DNA of 32,000 bases from Burkholderiaceae bacterium (lineage in GTDB: Bacteria; Pseudomonadota; Gammaproteobacteria; Burkholderiales; Burkholderiaceae_B), in contig OZ248330.1 in NCBI GenBank assembly GCA_965234315.1, forward strand, positions 3,704,688 through 3,736,687, in the 5' to 3' direction. Of the stretch, positions 1-9,011 are shown piece by piece (positions within the stretch are counted from its first letter, which is position 1; every line of letters starts with the position of its first letter). The translations under genes were made by a program, and so were the position numbers. Under the pieces are notes generated by a model. The model was not told the DNA's origin. It did no database searches and saw only the letters and a program-made list of their open reading frames with translations.

Positions 1-554
1 CGCCCCATTTCCTGCTGCTCGAGCCAAGGCTCTAGCACATACGGAAAAGACAAAAGTGCCAAGAACGAACCCACATTAGACAAAGCATACAAACGGAAAA
101 CTGATGAGGAGTGTGCCGTGCTGGTGAACCAGTGCTGAACCAAAGGCCCGGTGGTCGCCAAACAAAAGTACGGCAAACCCACACTGGCACCCAAAATCAG
201 TAGCACCTGAAAAACAGGGGAATCAGGGGAATCAGGCCGAAGTTCTGTGCCGGGCAGTACTCTTGAGGCCAATAAAGCTGCCAGCACCAACAAGACCACA
301 TGGATACGCGCCTGAGTCTTGCGCGAGGGCAAGGAGGCCAAAGCATGGGCATAGAGATAGCCCAGGCACAACAGAGTCTGGAAAAACAGCATCGCCGTGG
401 TCCAGACTGCAGGGCTGCCGCCAAACCATGGCAGGATTTGTTTGCTCAACAGGGGCTGCACCTGAAACAACAAAAACGCGCTCGTAAAAATTGTTAGCGC
501 AAAGGGCAAAAAACTCCACGGATTGGGAGATTGACTAGGCAGGGGATGGGTCAT
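1..554 (-). CDS. Partial CDS (first 184 codons; continues past the left edge): polytopic membrane protein resembling the N-terminus of fused MFS/spermidine-synthase-like proteins
   Basis: Not in the supplied ORF track because there is no stop inside the window. My translation of the minus strand from ATG 554-552 gives MTHPLPSQSPNPWSFLPFALTIFTSAFLLFQVQPLLSKQILPWFGGSPAVWTTAMLFFQTLLCLGYLYAHAL..., open to position 1 and rich in hydrophobic helices. The FLLFQVQP..ILPWFGG.PAVWTT motif matches my memory of that family. Track ORFs 197..424, 232..519, 263..487 and 300..497 are other frames of this region. Confidence 0.6.
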   Translation of the reverse strand, partial: MTHPLPSQSPNPWSFLPFALTIFTSAFLLFQVQPLLSKQILPWFGGSPAVWTTAMLFFQTLLCLGYLYAHALASLPSRKTQARIHVVLLVLAALLASRVLPGTELRPDSPDSPVFQVLLILGASVGLPYFCLATTGPLVQHWFTSTAHSSSVFRLYALSNVGSFLALLSFPYVLEPWLEQQEMG

Positions 555-847
555 GTTCACGGATTGACTAGGGGCTGTCAGTTAATTTTTTTAGTTTTGG
601 CCGCCTATTAACCTCGTATTTGAGGAACCGTCATACTAGGCGCACACCGGATCGTACCAAACTTCGACCAAGTCTGAACCACCGACGTACTAAGCACCCA
701 AACAACCTATTTCGTCACGCCTAAAGGGCGCATGTGCACACACTGTCGTTTAATAGCCTCCCCGCCTTACAGAACGGGGCTTTCAGAGCAAAGAAACAAG
801 CACTTAACGCACCCGTTTTTTTGCACAGCAAGATTGGCTGGTTCAGT

Positions 848-1534
848 TCACTCGGTGCTCTGGTTAGCTTCGACAACGAGTTTCGGTAGCTTTAGAAGCC
901 AGCCAGTTTTGGCAGTAAAAGTGTTTAGGTCCTCAAGGCTATCCACATCAAACACAAAGTGCTCGTTGTCGGTCTCGTAAGGTGTCACCAACTTCGGATG
1001 TTGATCCATGAAATTTCTGCAAACCATGTTTCGACCAGATTCAATAATCTGACCCATGACAGCGCCACTTAAGACAATGGGGTTGCCCCGTTGTCCGTTG
1101 ACAACTGGCATCAGAATTTCACCACTCGGGCGATTTTTAAAAACCGCAATTAATTTTTTAATATCGTTGGCATTGATCAGAGGCTGATCTGACAAGGCCA
1201 TAATAATCGCGTCAAAATTACTGCCCAAGGCTTCAATACCCAGTCTGACTGACGAAGCCTGGCCATTTTCAGGATTAGGATTACGCACGATCTTGACGGG
1301 AAACTCTGCTACTGCGGGCTCAACTCGCTCATGGTGATAGCCCGTGACAACAACAACTTCGTCAACCTCCGCGCCGCTAAGCGCGATCAGTTGCCGATTG
1401 ATCAGGGGCACACCCTCTAACTCGAGCAGCGATTTCGGCACGCTACCCATACGGCTACCTTGGCCCGCCGCTAATAATATTGCCCCGATCCGGGCGCGGC
1501 TAACAAAGCCGCCTTGTTTTAAGTCGCAAGCCAT
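848..1534 (-). CDS. MobA-like NTP-transferase domain protein (MocA / molybdenum-cofactor cytidylyltransferase-like)
   Basis: 228-aa ORF with an LLAAGQGSRMG..PK nucleotide-binding loop, then DQP and NGQRGNPI motifs typical of MobA/MocA. GGAGG lies 4-5 nt upstream of the ATG. It is 70 nt downstream of the Bug gene on the same strand. Confidence 0.75.
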   Translation of the reverse strand: MACDLKQGGFVSRARIGAILLAAGQGSRMGSVPKSLLELEGVPLINRQLIALSGAEVDEVVVVTGYHHERVEPAVAEFPVKIVRNPNPENGQASSVRLGIEALGSNFDAIIMALSDQPLINANDIKKLIAVFKNRPSGEILMPVVNGQRGNPIVLSGAVMGQIIESGRNMVCRNFMDQHPKLVTPYETDNEHFVFDVDSLEDLNTFTAKTGWLLKLPKLVVEANQSTE

Positions 1535-1604
1535 TAAGCCTCCATTTGCTCACTCGTCTGTGACGGATGCTGCTCTCTCTATGTGTAGACTTTACAGTGA
1601 ATTT

Positions 1605-2588
1605 CTAATCCAACTGAATATTCAGGTCCTTGACTAAGGCGCCTAAACGAATTGCCTCTGAGTTAATCAGATCCGCGAATTGTTGCGGCGTACCAGCCAC
1701 GATTTCGCTTCCGATCCCTTCCCATTTTTTTCGAAAATCAGGATCATTGAAAATTTCAAGTAGCGTTTTGTTGTATCTATCGATAATGGCAGCGGGCGTC
1801 TTTGCGGGCGCGGCAATTCCGTGCCAGGCAAAGTAATCAAAACCTTTGATACCCGCTTCATCCATTGTGGGCACGTCGGGCAAGGCAGGTGAGCGCGTCG
1901 CAGTTGTGACCGCTAGGGGGCGCAACAAGCCCGCCTGGATGTATTTCATTGAGCCAGCAGTGATGTCGACCATACTGAAAATTTGACCACCCAGCAAATC
2001 GTTCGCCGCAGGCCCAGCACCTTTGTAAGGAACATGCTGCATCGATATCCCAGCCATTTTTTTCAATAACTCGGGCCCTAAATGTTGGGGCGAACCGCTA
2101 CCGGCTGAACCGAAAGTGACTTTATTAGGATTTGCCTTCGCATAGTCGATGAATTCTTGCAGTGTTTTTATCTTTGAATCTGCCTTAACCTCAAGGACCA
2201 GCGGAAATTTCGAAATTTGCGTAATGGGTGCAAAATCTTTGACCGGATCGTAAGCAAGATCCTTAAAGATCACTTTGTTGATGGTCATATTGCCGCTTGC
2301 CGCTAACAAGATTGTGTAACCATCGGGCTTCGCTCTGGCAACCTGAGCGGTACCGATATTTCCACTTGCCCCAGCTTTGTTCTCGACAACTACCGTCACA
2401 CCTAGCTTGGCACTCATCGGAACCGATAACAATCTGGCCATGACATCTGTTGGCCCACCCGGTGGGTAGGGCACAAGAAAAGTGATCGCTTGTGTCGGCC
2501 ATTTATCTTGAGCGTGGCTCGTCGGCGTTAAAAGTATGAATGCAGCTGCAATGATCCCAAGCATTGAAAACGTCTTTGGCAATGTCAT
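1605..2588 (-). CDS. Bug-family (TctC-like) tripartite tricarboxylate transporter periplasmic substrate-binding protein
   Basis: ORF 1605..2654. The likely start is the internal ATG at 2588, giving the signal peptide MTLPKTFSMLGIIAAAFILLTPTSHA. Family motifs are present: VPYPPGGPTD, ENKAGASG, FGSAGSGSPQHL, HVPYKGAGPA. Confidence 0.85.
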   Translation of the reverse strand: MTLPKTFSMLGIIAAAFILLTPTSHAQDKWPTQAITFLVPYPPGGPTDVMARLLSVPMSAKLGVTVVVENKAGASGNIGTAQVARAKPDGYTILLAASGNMTINKVIFKDLAYDPVKDFAPITQISKFPLVLEVKADSKIKTLQEFIDYAKANPNKVTFGSAGSGSPQHLGPELLKKMAGISMQHVPYKGAGPAANDLLGGQIFSMVDITAGSMKYIQAGLLRPLAVTTATRSPALPDVPTMDEAGIKGFDYFAWHGIAAPAKTPAAIIDRYNKTLLEIFNDPDFRKKWEGIGSEIVAGTPQQFADLINSEAIRLGALVKDLNIQLD

Positions 2589-2772
2589 TTTGACTCGCTT
2601 GTTTTTAGTGATGATGGATGTATGAAAGATTTTTGCCATATTAGGCGATTTCAATTAGTCTAGACCAACTACAAATCAGCAAATAGAAACACTTGTACCA
2701 AGCCTGATTGATCTGTCGTCTCTAAAAATACTAGAAATTTCCAAAAACCGTTTTATCTCGTTCACCCGGGAT

Positions 2773-4197
2773 ATGGATATCGAGGCAACTACCGTGAACC
2801 TTCTCAGCGCAACAGCAATTGAACTCGCCCAAGCCTATCGCGCCCGAACGCTCTCGCCAGTTGAAGCGACCAAAGCCATTCTAAAGGCCATCCCTGATTT
2901 CGAAAGTCTCAATGCTTTTTGTCACCTGAATCCAGAACTAGCGCTGAACGCAGCCCGTGCCTCTGAGCAACGCTACAACGAAGGCGCACCGCTTTCGGGT
3001 TTGGATGGGGTACCCATCGGCATCAAAGATTTGCTCGTCACAAAAGGCATGCCCACAAGACGAGGGTCGCTGACAACCTCGGCCGACGATCCCTGCGACG
3101 CGGATGCGCCGGCGGTGGCACGCTTGCGCGAGGCCGGCGCGGTGATCCTAGGCAAAACAACAACGCCAGAATTTGGCTGGAAAGGTATCACTGATTCTGC
3201 GCTTGCAGGTACAACAAGAAACCCTTGGAAGCCCACTCATACACCCGGCGGTTCTAGCGGTGGCTCTGCTGTGCAGGTTGCTTGCGGCCTAGGCCCCATC
3301 TCTATCGGCACGGATGGTGCCGGTTCGATTCGCATCCCATCAAGCTACACCGGAGTCTTTGGTCATAAGGCAAGTTATGGTCGAGTACCCGCCTGGCCCG
3401 CAAGTCAGGTCGGCACGCTTGCCAATATCGGCCCCATGACCAGAACGGTCGCCGACGCGGCGCTCACCTTGTCGATTATTTCAAAATGGGATGCCAGAGA
3501 CTGGTACGCGTTACCCCAGCAAGAGATGAATTGGGCTGATTTGCCTGGCACAGGGCTCAAGGGTCTGCGCATTGCCTACAGCCCCGACTTAGGCTTTGGC
3601 GGGGTCGACCCCGACGTCACTGGGCTTGTCAAAGCAGCCGTTGAAAAAATGGTTGCACTCGGTGCACACGTTACTGAAATCACCCCACCCATTGGCGACA
3701 TGAATGACACCATTGATGTGCTGTGGCAGTCGGGCTGTGCGTATGGTCAACGCCATATGACTGAAGCACAACTGAATGTCTTAGAGCCTGGGCTGCGCGA
3801 AGCGGCTGATCGAGGCCGTGCCTACACCTTGCCGCAATATTTGAAAGCGGTCGAAGAGCGCAGTGCGTTTGGTGCACGCATGCGTGAGTTTCATACTAAC
3901 TGGGATCTGCTTGTGCTGCCCACCATGCCGGGCACCGCATTTGAAGTCAATCAACTCGGCCCCAAACAGGCAGACGGCTCAATTGGAAGCGCCTGGCGCA
4001 TCTGGAATCCTTTTTGTTATCTGTTCAATCTGACCATGCAACCCGCGGCGAGCCTGCCTTGCGGGTTTACGGCTAAAGGATTGCCGGTTGGCTTGCAAGT
4101 GGTTGGGCGCATGCACGACGACCTCACCGTACTCAGAGCCTGCGCCGCGCTAGAGCCCCATGTGTCGCCGCTGAAGCTTGCGCCGCGGCCGAACTGA
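2773..4197 (+). CDS. Amidase-signature family amidase (GatA-like)
   Basis: 474-aa ORF with the GIKDL lysine region and the GGSSGGSA / GTDGAGSIRIPS amidase-signature block. Confidence 0.85.
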   Translation: MDIEATTVNLLSATAIELAQAYRARTLSPVEATKAILKAIPDFESLNAFCHLNPELALNAARASEQRYNEGAPLSGLDGVPIGIKDLLVTKGMPTRRGSLTTSADDPCDADAPAVARLREAGAVILGKTTTPEFGWKGITDSALAGTTRNPWKPTHTPGGSSGGSAVQVACGLGPISIGTDGAGSIRIPSSYTGVFGHKASYGRVPAWPASQVGTLANIGPMTRTVADAALTLSIISKWDARDWYALPQQEMNWADLPGTGLKGLRIAYSPDLGFGGVDPDVTGLVKAAVEKMVALGAHVTEITPPIGDMNDTIDVLWQSGCAYGQRHMTEAQLNVLEPGLREAADRGRAYTLPQYLKAVEERSAFGARMREFHTNWDLLVLPTMPGTAFEVNQLGPKQADGSIGSAWRIWNPFCYLFNLTMQPAASLPCGFTAKGLPVGLQVVGRMHDDLTVLRACAALEPHVSPLKLAPRPN

Positions 4198-4230
4198 ACA
4201 ATTTTTCTATTGTTACCAATCACGTACCGA

Positions 4231-4632
4231 TCAAACTTCCCAATCTTCGATTAGTAAGCCTTGGACTCTACTGAATTCGCCTGTATTGTGGGTGATCAGA
4301 GTTGCTTTATTGGCGCGTGCAATTGCGGCTATCAACAAGTCATTCGCCCCGATCAAATTGCCTTGGGTGGTAAGGTCTGCGCGAATCTGTGCGTAATGTT
4401 CAGCGGCGTTATCGTCAAACTCAAAACTACGTAACGGCGAAAATAGTTTTTGTAGTAATTGGTAATTACTTTCTTTTTGCTCGCTGCGTAGCGCACCAAA
4501 CAAAAGCTCAGCCTTCACCACGCTGCATAGCGCAATATCCTCAGGACGAAGTTGCATAATGTGGCTACGCACAGTGAGGTTTTTACGCTGCCATAACTGA
4601 ATGCAGGCGTTGGTATCGAGCAGGTACGTCAA
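4231..4632 (-). CDS. vapC: PIN-domain type II toxin VapC
   Basis: 133 aa. It starts M.YLLDTN and has later acidic residues typical of PIN nucleases. Its ATG overlaps the upstream antitoxin stop by 4 nt (ATGA). Confidence 0.85.
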   Translation of the reverse strand: MTYLLDTNACIQLWQRKNLTVRSHIMQLRPEDIALCSVVKAELLFGALRSEQKESNYQLLQKLFSPLRSFEFDDNAAEHYAQIRADLTTQGNLIGANDLLIAAIARANKATLITHNTGEFSRVQGLLIEDWEV

Positions 4633-4859
4633 TTAAAGCTCTGTCTTGTTTCGAGGTTTAATTCTGAGGGCCTTGTTTGTGACTCGCCTTGCCAAGCATC
4701 AAACAGCTCAAAGTAGCCTGCCGGCCACTGGTTTTGTACACCTGTTTCGCGCTTAATAATCTCTGCTAAATATTTAGACAGTGTTAACTTCGCTCGCTTT
4801 GCTTGAATGCGTATTTGCGCTTCGATTTCGTCTGGCACGTAAAAATGTAGCTGTGACAT
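4629..4859 (-). CDS. vapB: Type II antitoxin, ribbon-helix-helix-like (VapB-type partner of VapC)
   Basis: 76 aa. The N-terminal strand-helix-helix pattern is LHFYVPDEIEAQIRIQAKRAKLTLSKYLAEIIKRE. It is translationally coupled to vapC. Confidence 0.7.
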   Translation of the reverse strand: MSQLHFYVPDEIEAQIRIQAKRAKLTLSKYLAEIIKRETGVQNQWPAGYFELFDAWQGESQTRPSELNLETRQSFN

Positions 4860-4872
4860 GGCTCAATCCTCA

Positions 4873-4919
4873 GTGTATGTGGCATATGTGGTGTATGTGG
4901 TGTATGTGCATACTATGTG
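4873..4919. repeat. Tandem 9-bp repeats (GTGTATGTG / GCATATGTG x4 plus a degenerate fifth unit) directly upstream of vapB; putative operator/promoter
   Basis: Read directly: gtgtatgtg gcatatgtg gtgtatgtg gtgtatgtg catactatgtg. They lie 14-60 nt upstream of the vapB ATG (4859). Confidence 0.6.
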
Positions 4920-4993
4920 CAAAACATTTAAATGTCAATGCCCACAGCCGAAACCCACTGTTTTTTTCAAATTTCTGATTTTATTGATAATTT

Positions 4994-5038
4994 TGGTGGG
5001 CGGTACAAGTTTCGAACTTGTGACCCCTGCCGTGTGAA
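4994..5038 (-). repeat. Displaced 3' half of tRNA-Val (left att repeat of the island)
   Basis: Gap-free alignment to 17983-18027 with 37/45 identical, including a perfect 17-nt block at 5022-5038 that matches 18011-18027. It retains a foldable T-arm (ACAAG/TTCGAAA/CTTGT), the ACCGCCC acceptor strand and CCA. Confidence 0.8.
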
Positions 5039-5096
5039 TACTTCGAACTTAAATATAAACTGCAATATATATGGATAAAAAGCACGTTTTTTAAAA

Positions 5097-5130
5097 GTAG
5101 TACAAAAAAGTAGTACACACTTGACCTACT
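5097..5130. repeat. Putative integrase arm-type sites, left arm: 2 x GTAGTACA direct (5097, 5110) plus an inverted partial copy (5125-5130)
   Basis: The same block architecture recurs at 17884-17926. It lies 59 nt inside the left att repeat. Confidence 0.55.
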
Positions 5131-5318
5131 AAAAATATAATATTCAAGTGCTTTTTCATAGCGCAAATCGATTTTTTAATAACCAGCAAACCTCTGCTTC
5201 GCTTATTCGTCTTTCTTAAGTTTTACTAGCCCATACAGCCAACCCTCTTAAAGTTAACTGATTCATATGTTTGCTCTCTGCTTGCCCCCACTGTTTACGC
5301 CAACCTAAACACGAAACG

Positions 5319-5349
5319 ATCGCAACCAGCTAATGCTGCTGGTTGCGAT
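5319..5349 (-). terminator. Probable rho-independent terminator for the minus-strand operon ending at 5489
   Basis: Perfect 12-bp stem ATCGCAACCAGC / GCTGGTTGCGAT with a 7-nt loop. On the minus strand it is followed by a moderately T-rich tract (CGTTTCGTGTTT). Confidence 0.45.
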
Positions 5350-5472
5350 ATTGGGCTGACAACTTTGCATGTGCTTGATGGCGTTAGATACTGGTAGACA
5401 AGCACGACGAAGGCTATAGACTGAAAGTAGCGACTAAAATTTGTGTAGCCGCCAGCTTGCAATGCAATCCAA

Positions 5473-5492
5473 CGTCACCTAAGTTACGTTAC
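5473..5492. repeat. Copy of the island near-palindromic site (CGTCACCTAAGTTACGTTAC), same orientation as the 13138 copy
   Basis: 18/20 identical to the reverse complement of 14053-14072 (CGTTACCTAAGTAACGTTAC), or 20/24 with flanks. It overlaps the stop codon of CDS 5489..5938. Confidence 0.6.
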
Positions 5493-5938
5493 CCAACACC
5501 CCACTGCTTGCGTAAAGCCATGCCTGTGTACGGTCGCACTGGTTGCTGTGGCATCAGCTTGGTCTTAGCTGCGCTGGGCAGCTGTGCGACAGGCGATGCG
5601 TTAGGCATAGGTGGACGCACTTGAGATTGAGCTGGAACTGGCACTGACTGCTGTGCTGGCGCAGGTGTTTTGTTGCTCACAGCCATATTCGCAGCTGTCG
5701 CAGTATTTTTGGGCTTAGGCGGCATACGGGGTGCTGGTGGTGCTGAACGTGGGCTAGACGCTGTTTTCGTGCGTTTGCTACGTGGCTTTTTACTTGCCTT
5801 CAATCGCTCTTGCCGCTCTTGCTCTTTTTGTTCAGCAGCTTCATCAGCAATTGCAGTCCACGTGCTGTCGATAATTCGCCGTAGCAAACCCAATTGTTCG
5901 TCCGCATCAGTAAATTCTCTTAGTCGCATTGTCATCAC
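5489..5938 (-). CDS. Hypothetical protein with a short structured N-terminus and a long Pro/Ala/Ser/Lys-rich tail
   Basis: 149-aa ORF. AGGTGA is placed 5-6 nt before the fourth codon, so the likely start is ATG 5929 (MRLREFTDADEQLGLL...). It is the last gene of the minus-strand operon. No family recognised. Confidence 0.5.
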   Translation of the reverse strand: MMTMRLREFTDADEQLGLLRRIIDSTWTAIADEAAEQKEQERQERLKASKKPRSKRTKTASSPRSAPPAPRMPPKPKNTATAANMAVSNKTPAPAQQSVPVPAQSQVRPPMPNASPVAQLPSAAKTKLMPQQPVRPYTGMALRKQWGVG

Positions 5939-6013
5939 CTTTAGTTATATTTATAGATGACGACATGCAGCTAACTGACGACAATTTATAGATAATGCTA
6001 AGCGCAACTGCGA

Positions 6014-6211
6014 CTACTTTTGTATTACGCTTTTCACGTAGCAGCGTCGCTGTCCACCAAACATAGCCTCAACCATTGCACGTGCTTGGCTCATGCCTGA
6101 CGCCTGCACATCCATTTGCAGATTGTTTACAGTGGTGTTGCTTTGAAAAGCACTTGAATCCGTTGGATTTGGATCTGTATTGAGTTCGTATTGCACTGTG
6201 TATGTTTGCAT
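6014..6211 (-). CDS. Hypothetical 65-aa protein
   Basis: Its ATG (6211-6209) abuts the stop (6214-6212) of the preceding gene fragment, which suggests translational coupling. No family recognised. Confidence 0.5.
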   Translation of the reverse strand: MQTYTVQYELNTDPNPTDSSAFQSNTTVNNLQMDVQASGMSQARAMVEAMFGGQRRCYVKSVIQK

Positions 6212-6544
6212 TTATTTCTGCCGCTCTTGTTGCCGTTGAAAGCCTTTTAGTTCTGCCAGGTCTTTAGCGTTAACTTTGGAGTGTTGTAACGTAAATGCAC
6301 TTTTCTCATCAGTTAATCCTTTCAGCGCAATAATTTTTCCATGTCGATCCATTGCCTCTTGCATGTCAATTATTAGCTCTAAGTTAGTACTCAAACTACC
6401 TAGTATGCCTGTCCATCGCTCAATATTAGTATCCCTCCAAATCTCATATAAATAATTCCGAAACAGATCATTTAATTGATCCATATCGTCGAAACTATTG
6501 CTTGTTACAAGAGCTATGTATTTTCTAACTTCCTGTATTCCTAC
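6212..6544 (-). pseudogene. 3' fragment of the IS21-interrupted gene for a 246-aa N-terminally membrane-anchored protein
   Basis: Track ORF 6212..6607 starts inside the IS. From 6544 downward it reads VGIQEVRKY.... Removing the IS and one target-duplication copy joins it in frame to 9426..9012 (...DGESVG|IQEVRKY...). Confidence 0.8.
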
Positions 6545-6616
6545 TGTTAATTTGCGCTGAATCCTGACCCAGGATTTGCATCTAATTTTGACCCACCCAG
6601 TTTTCAAAATTCTAGG

Positions 6617-7393
6617 TCAATTTGTCACTGTTACGGGCTTTTTTCTCTCCTTTTTAGCTTGAGTTGAACTGTTCTTGAATCGATAGCTTTCATTTCCTGT
6701 CTCCACGATGTGGCAGTGATGGGTTAGCCGATCAAGCAGCGCAGTCGTCATCTTGGCATCGCCGAACACAGACGCCCATTCGGTAAAACTTAAATTAGTC
6801 GTAATGATGACACTGGTTCTTTCGTAGAGCTTGCTGAGTAGATGGAATAGCAAGGCGCCACCGTTCTGACTAAATGGTAAATATCCCAGCTCATCCAGAA
6901 TGACTAGGTCGGCATACATCAACCGTAGTGCAAGTTGCCCTGCTTTACCTGCAGCCTTCTCTTGCTCAAGTGCGTTTACCAATTCAATCGTGGAGAAGAA
7001 ACGTACACGCTGGCGATGGTGTTCAATGGCTTGAACGCCAATTGCAGTGGCTAGGTGTGTTTTACCGGTACCTGGTCCACCAACCAACACAACATTTTGA
7101 GACGATTCAATGAACTCACATCTGTGTAATTGTCGGATGAGCGCTTCGCTTGCATCGCTGCAACCAAAGTCAAACCCGGCAATGTCACGGTAGGCCGGGA
7201 ATCTTGCAGACTTCATTTGATACGCTTGTGACCGCACTTCACGCTCTGCGATCTCCGCCTTTAGTAATCCAGACAGCACCAGCGCAGCTGACTTGTACGC
7301 CGGTGAGTCCTGAGACGCTAAATCCTCTAGCGCTTGAGCCATGCCGTGTAGCTTTAACTTCTTTAGCATCTCTGCCATGACATTAGGCTGCAT
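6617..7393 (-). CDS. istB: IS21-family helper ATPase IstB
   Basis: Walker [11 protein letters not shown] and Walker [10 protein letters not shown], with DnaA/AAA-like IstB architecture. The likely start is ATG 7393 or 7378, overlapping the istA stop. Confidence 0.9.
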   Translation of the reverse strand: MQPNVMAEMLKKLKLHGMAQALEDLASQDSPAYKSAALVLSGLLKAEIAEREVRSQAYQMKSARFPAYRDIAGFDFGCSDASEALIRQLHRCEFIESSQNVVLVGGPGTGKTHLATAIGVQAIEHHRQRVRFFSTIELVNALEQEKAAGKAGQLALRLMYADLVILDELGYLPFSQNGGALLFHLLSKLYERTSVIITTNLSFTEWASVFGDAKMTTALLDRLTHHCHIVETGNESYRFKNSSTQAKKERKKPVTVTN

Positions 7394-8897
7394 AGTGCTG
7401 CTCCCTGAGTGTGTCATAACGACCAACGTTGGCTTGTGGTTCGATGTTTAGAACGATGGCTGCCGGTGCCTCAATCGGTGGCACCGGTGCTGCGTCTAGC
7501 AGTCGGCTTAGAATATTTAGAATCGTTTGCTTTGAAGGCACACCGGCCTCTAGTGCCAACTCGACAGCTGTCAGAACTGCTTGTTCATCATGCAATAGAA
7601 CGAGCGCCAGGACCTCAACCATCTCGCGGTCACCACCGGGGTGCTTGATAAGCCGCGCCTGAAGCCGTTTGAAGGCCTCTGGAAACTCAGCAAAGGGTGC
7701 GCCGTTGCGCAAAGCTCCGGGCTTACGCTGCAGAACAGCCAAATAGTGCCGCCAATCGTAATAAGTAAATCCCGGACTGGCGTGGCTTCGGTTGATGTGT
7801 CGCTCATGTTCTGCAATGACTTGCCCCTCGGCAACAAACACCAAACGCCTCGGATAGACCTTCAAACTTACAGCTCGATTAGCAAACGAGGCGGGAACGC
7901 TGTAGCGATTGCGCTCGAAGGTTACTAAGCAAGTTGGTGAGACCCGTTTGGTGTTCTCTACATAGCCATCAAAGGGTTGCCCAACCTGCATCAAGTGTGG
8001 TCGCTCATCAGACCAGATGTTCCAGATCGTATCGTCCTGTTCGGGGTGTTGGATTTGCTGCCACAGCAACACGCACTGATCGGCCAACCAATCATTAAGT
8101 GCGTCAAGGGAACCAAACGGTGGAACCGTTTGCCATAGCCGGTGCCGGCTGTCACGAACGTTCTTCTCAATCTGTCCCTTCTCCCAACCCGAGGCGGGAT
8201 TACAGAACTCAGCATCGAAGAGGTAATGGCTGACCATGGCACTAAATTTGGCATTGACCTCACGCACTTTACCGGGCTTGACCCGATCAACGGCGGTCTT
8301 CATGTTGTCGTAGATGCCTCGCCTAGGGATTCCGCCCCAAGCCACAAAGGCATGGTGGTGAGCATCGAACAGCATCTCGTGCGTTTGAAGGAGATACGCC
8401 CTTAGAAAGAACGCCCGACTGTGGCTTAGTTTGAACTGGGCGACCTGCAGTTTGGTGCGCTCGCCGTTGATCACGGCCCAGTCTTCGCTCCAGTCGAACT
8501 GGAACGCTTCGCCCGGGCTAAAGCGCAGCGGCACAAAGGTGCCGAGGGATGCCGTACGCTCTCGCTCCCGCTCTTCTTGTCGCCACTTTCTAGCAAAGGC
8601 GGCCACCCGATCGTATGAACCAGTAAATCCTAAAGCACAGAGGTCTGCGTGGATTTGTTTTAAGGTGCGCCGTTGCTTGCGCGAACGAGAGGTCTCTTTC
8701 TTTAGCCACTCGCTTAGCTTGGCCGCAAAACCATCCAACTTGCTCGGACTTTGCCGTGACGGGTAGATCGGCAGCACCGCGTCGTTGCGTAAATACCGTC
8801 GGACGGTGTTTCGGGATATGCCAAGCCGGCTGGCGATCTCACGCAGAGAAACCTTGTCGCGCAGATGCCAGCGTCGTATTACGGTCAATATTGCCAT
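7383..8897 (-). CDS. istA: IS21-family transposase IstA
   Basis: N-terminal HTH ([20 protein letters not shown]), a DDE-type core, and about 500 aa length. The likely start is ATG 8897 ([10 protein letters not shown]...) within ORF 7383..8927. Confidence 0.9.
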   Translation of the reverse strand: MAILTVIRRWHLRDKVSLREIASRLGISRNTVRRYLRNDAVLPIYPSRQSPSKLDGFAAKLSEWLKKETSRSRKQRRTLKQIHADLCALGFTGSYDRVAAFARKWRQEERERERTASLGTFVPLRFSPGEAFQFDWSEDWAVINGERTKLQVAQFKLSHSRAFFLRAYLLQTHEMLFDAHHHAFVAWGGIPRRGIYDNMKTAVDRVKPGKVREVNAKFSAMVSHYLFDAEFCNPASGWEKGQIEKNVRDSRHRLWQTVPPFGSLDALNDWLADQCVLLWQQIQHPEQDDTIWNIWSDERPHLMQVGQPFDGYVENTKRVSPTCLVTFERNRYSVPASFANRAVSLKVYPRRLVFVAEGQVIAEHERHINRSHASPGFTYYDWRHYLAVLQRKPGALRNGAPFAEFPEAFKRLQARLIKHPGGDREMVEVLALVLLHDEQAVLTAVELALEAGVPSKQTILNILSRLLDAAPVPPIEAPAAIVLNIEPQANVGRYDTLREQHYAA

Positions 8898-9011
8898 GTC
8901 AATCACTCCAAATCTCCTGCTCAGCACCCCGAGCAGGTCAGTGTTCTACATGGGTCAATATTCGATGCAAATTACCCCTCTAAGTGGGTCAGTTTTCGGT
9001 GCAAATTAACA

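Larger units (their letters stand above)
6545..9011 (-). mobile_element. Intact IS21-family insertion sequence (2467 bp) with istA-istB
   Basis: Terminal inverted repeats are TGTTAATTTGCGCTGAATCCTGACCCA (6545-) and the reverse complement of the right end, TGTTAATTTGCACCGAAAACTGACCCA (-9011). They match at 22/27, with the first 11 identical. A 7-bp direct target duplication TTCCTAC lies at 6538-6544 and 9012-9018. Repeated GACCCA/GCAAAT sub-motifs sit inside both ends. Confidence 0.9.

Noticed and set aside
197-519. Track ORFs 197..424, 232..519 (minus) and 263..487, 300..497 (plus)
   Set aside because: Cys/Arg/Trp-rich nonsense translations. The remaining minus frame encodes a convincing membrane protein running off the window.
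560-847. 288-bp intergenic region with a GATTGACTAGG direct repeat (529-539, 562-572) and a CCCCG-N10-CGGGG hairpin, considered as a possible ncRNA or riboswitch
   Set aside because: I see no recognisable riboswitch or sRNA consensus, the hairpin lacks a U-tract, and the repeat flanks the start codon of the left-edge gene. This is too little for a call.
732-980. 82-aa plus-strand ORF
   Set aside because: It overlaps the 3' end of the well-supported MocA-like gene on the opposite strand, and its composition is implausible.
5950-5994. Mirror-arranged repeats ATTTATAGAT-GACGACA...GACGACA-ATTTATAGAT upstream of the Pro-rich gene
   Set aside because: They are most simply two TATAAAT-like -10 elements of an internal promoter on the minus strand. 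They are not complementary (no hairpin) and have no further copies.
6928-8766. Numerous plus-strand ORFs inside the IS21 element (e.g. 6928..7113, 7409..7648, 8142..8405, 8431..8766)
   Set aside because: All are antisense to the istA/istB genes, which carry clear family motifs.
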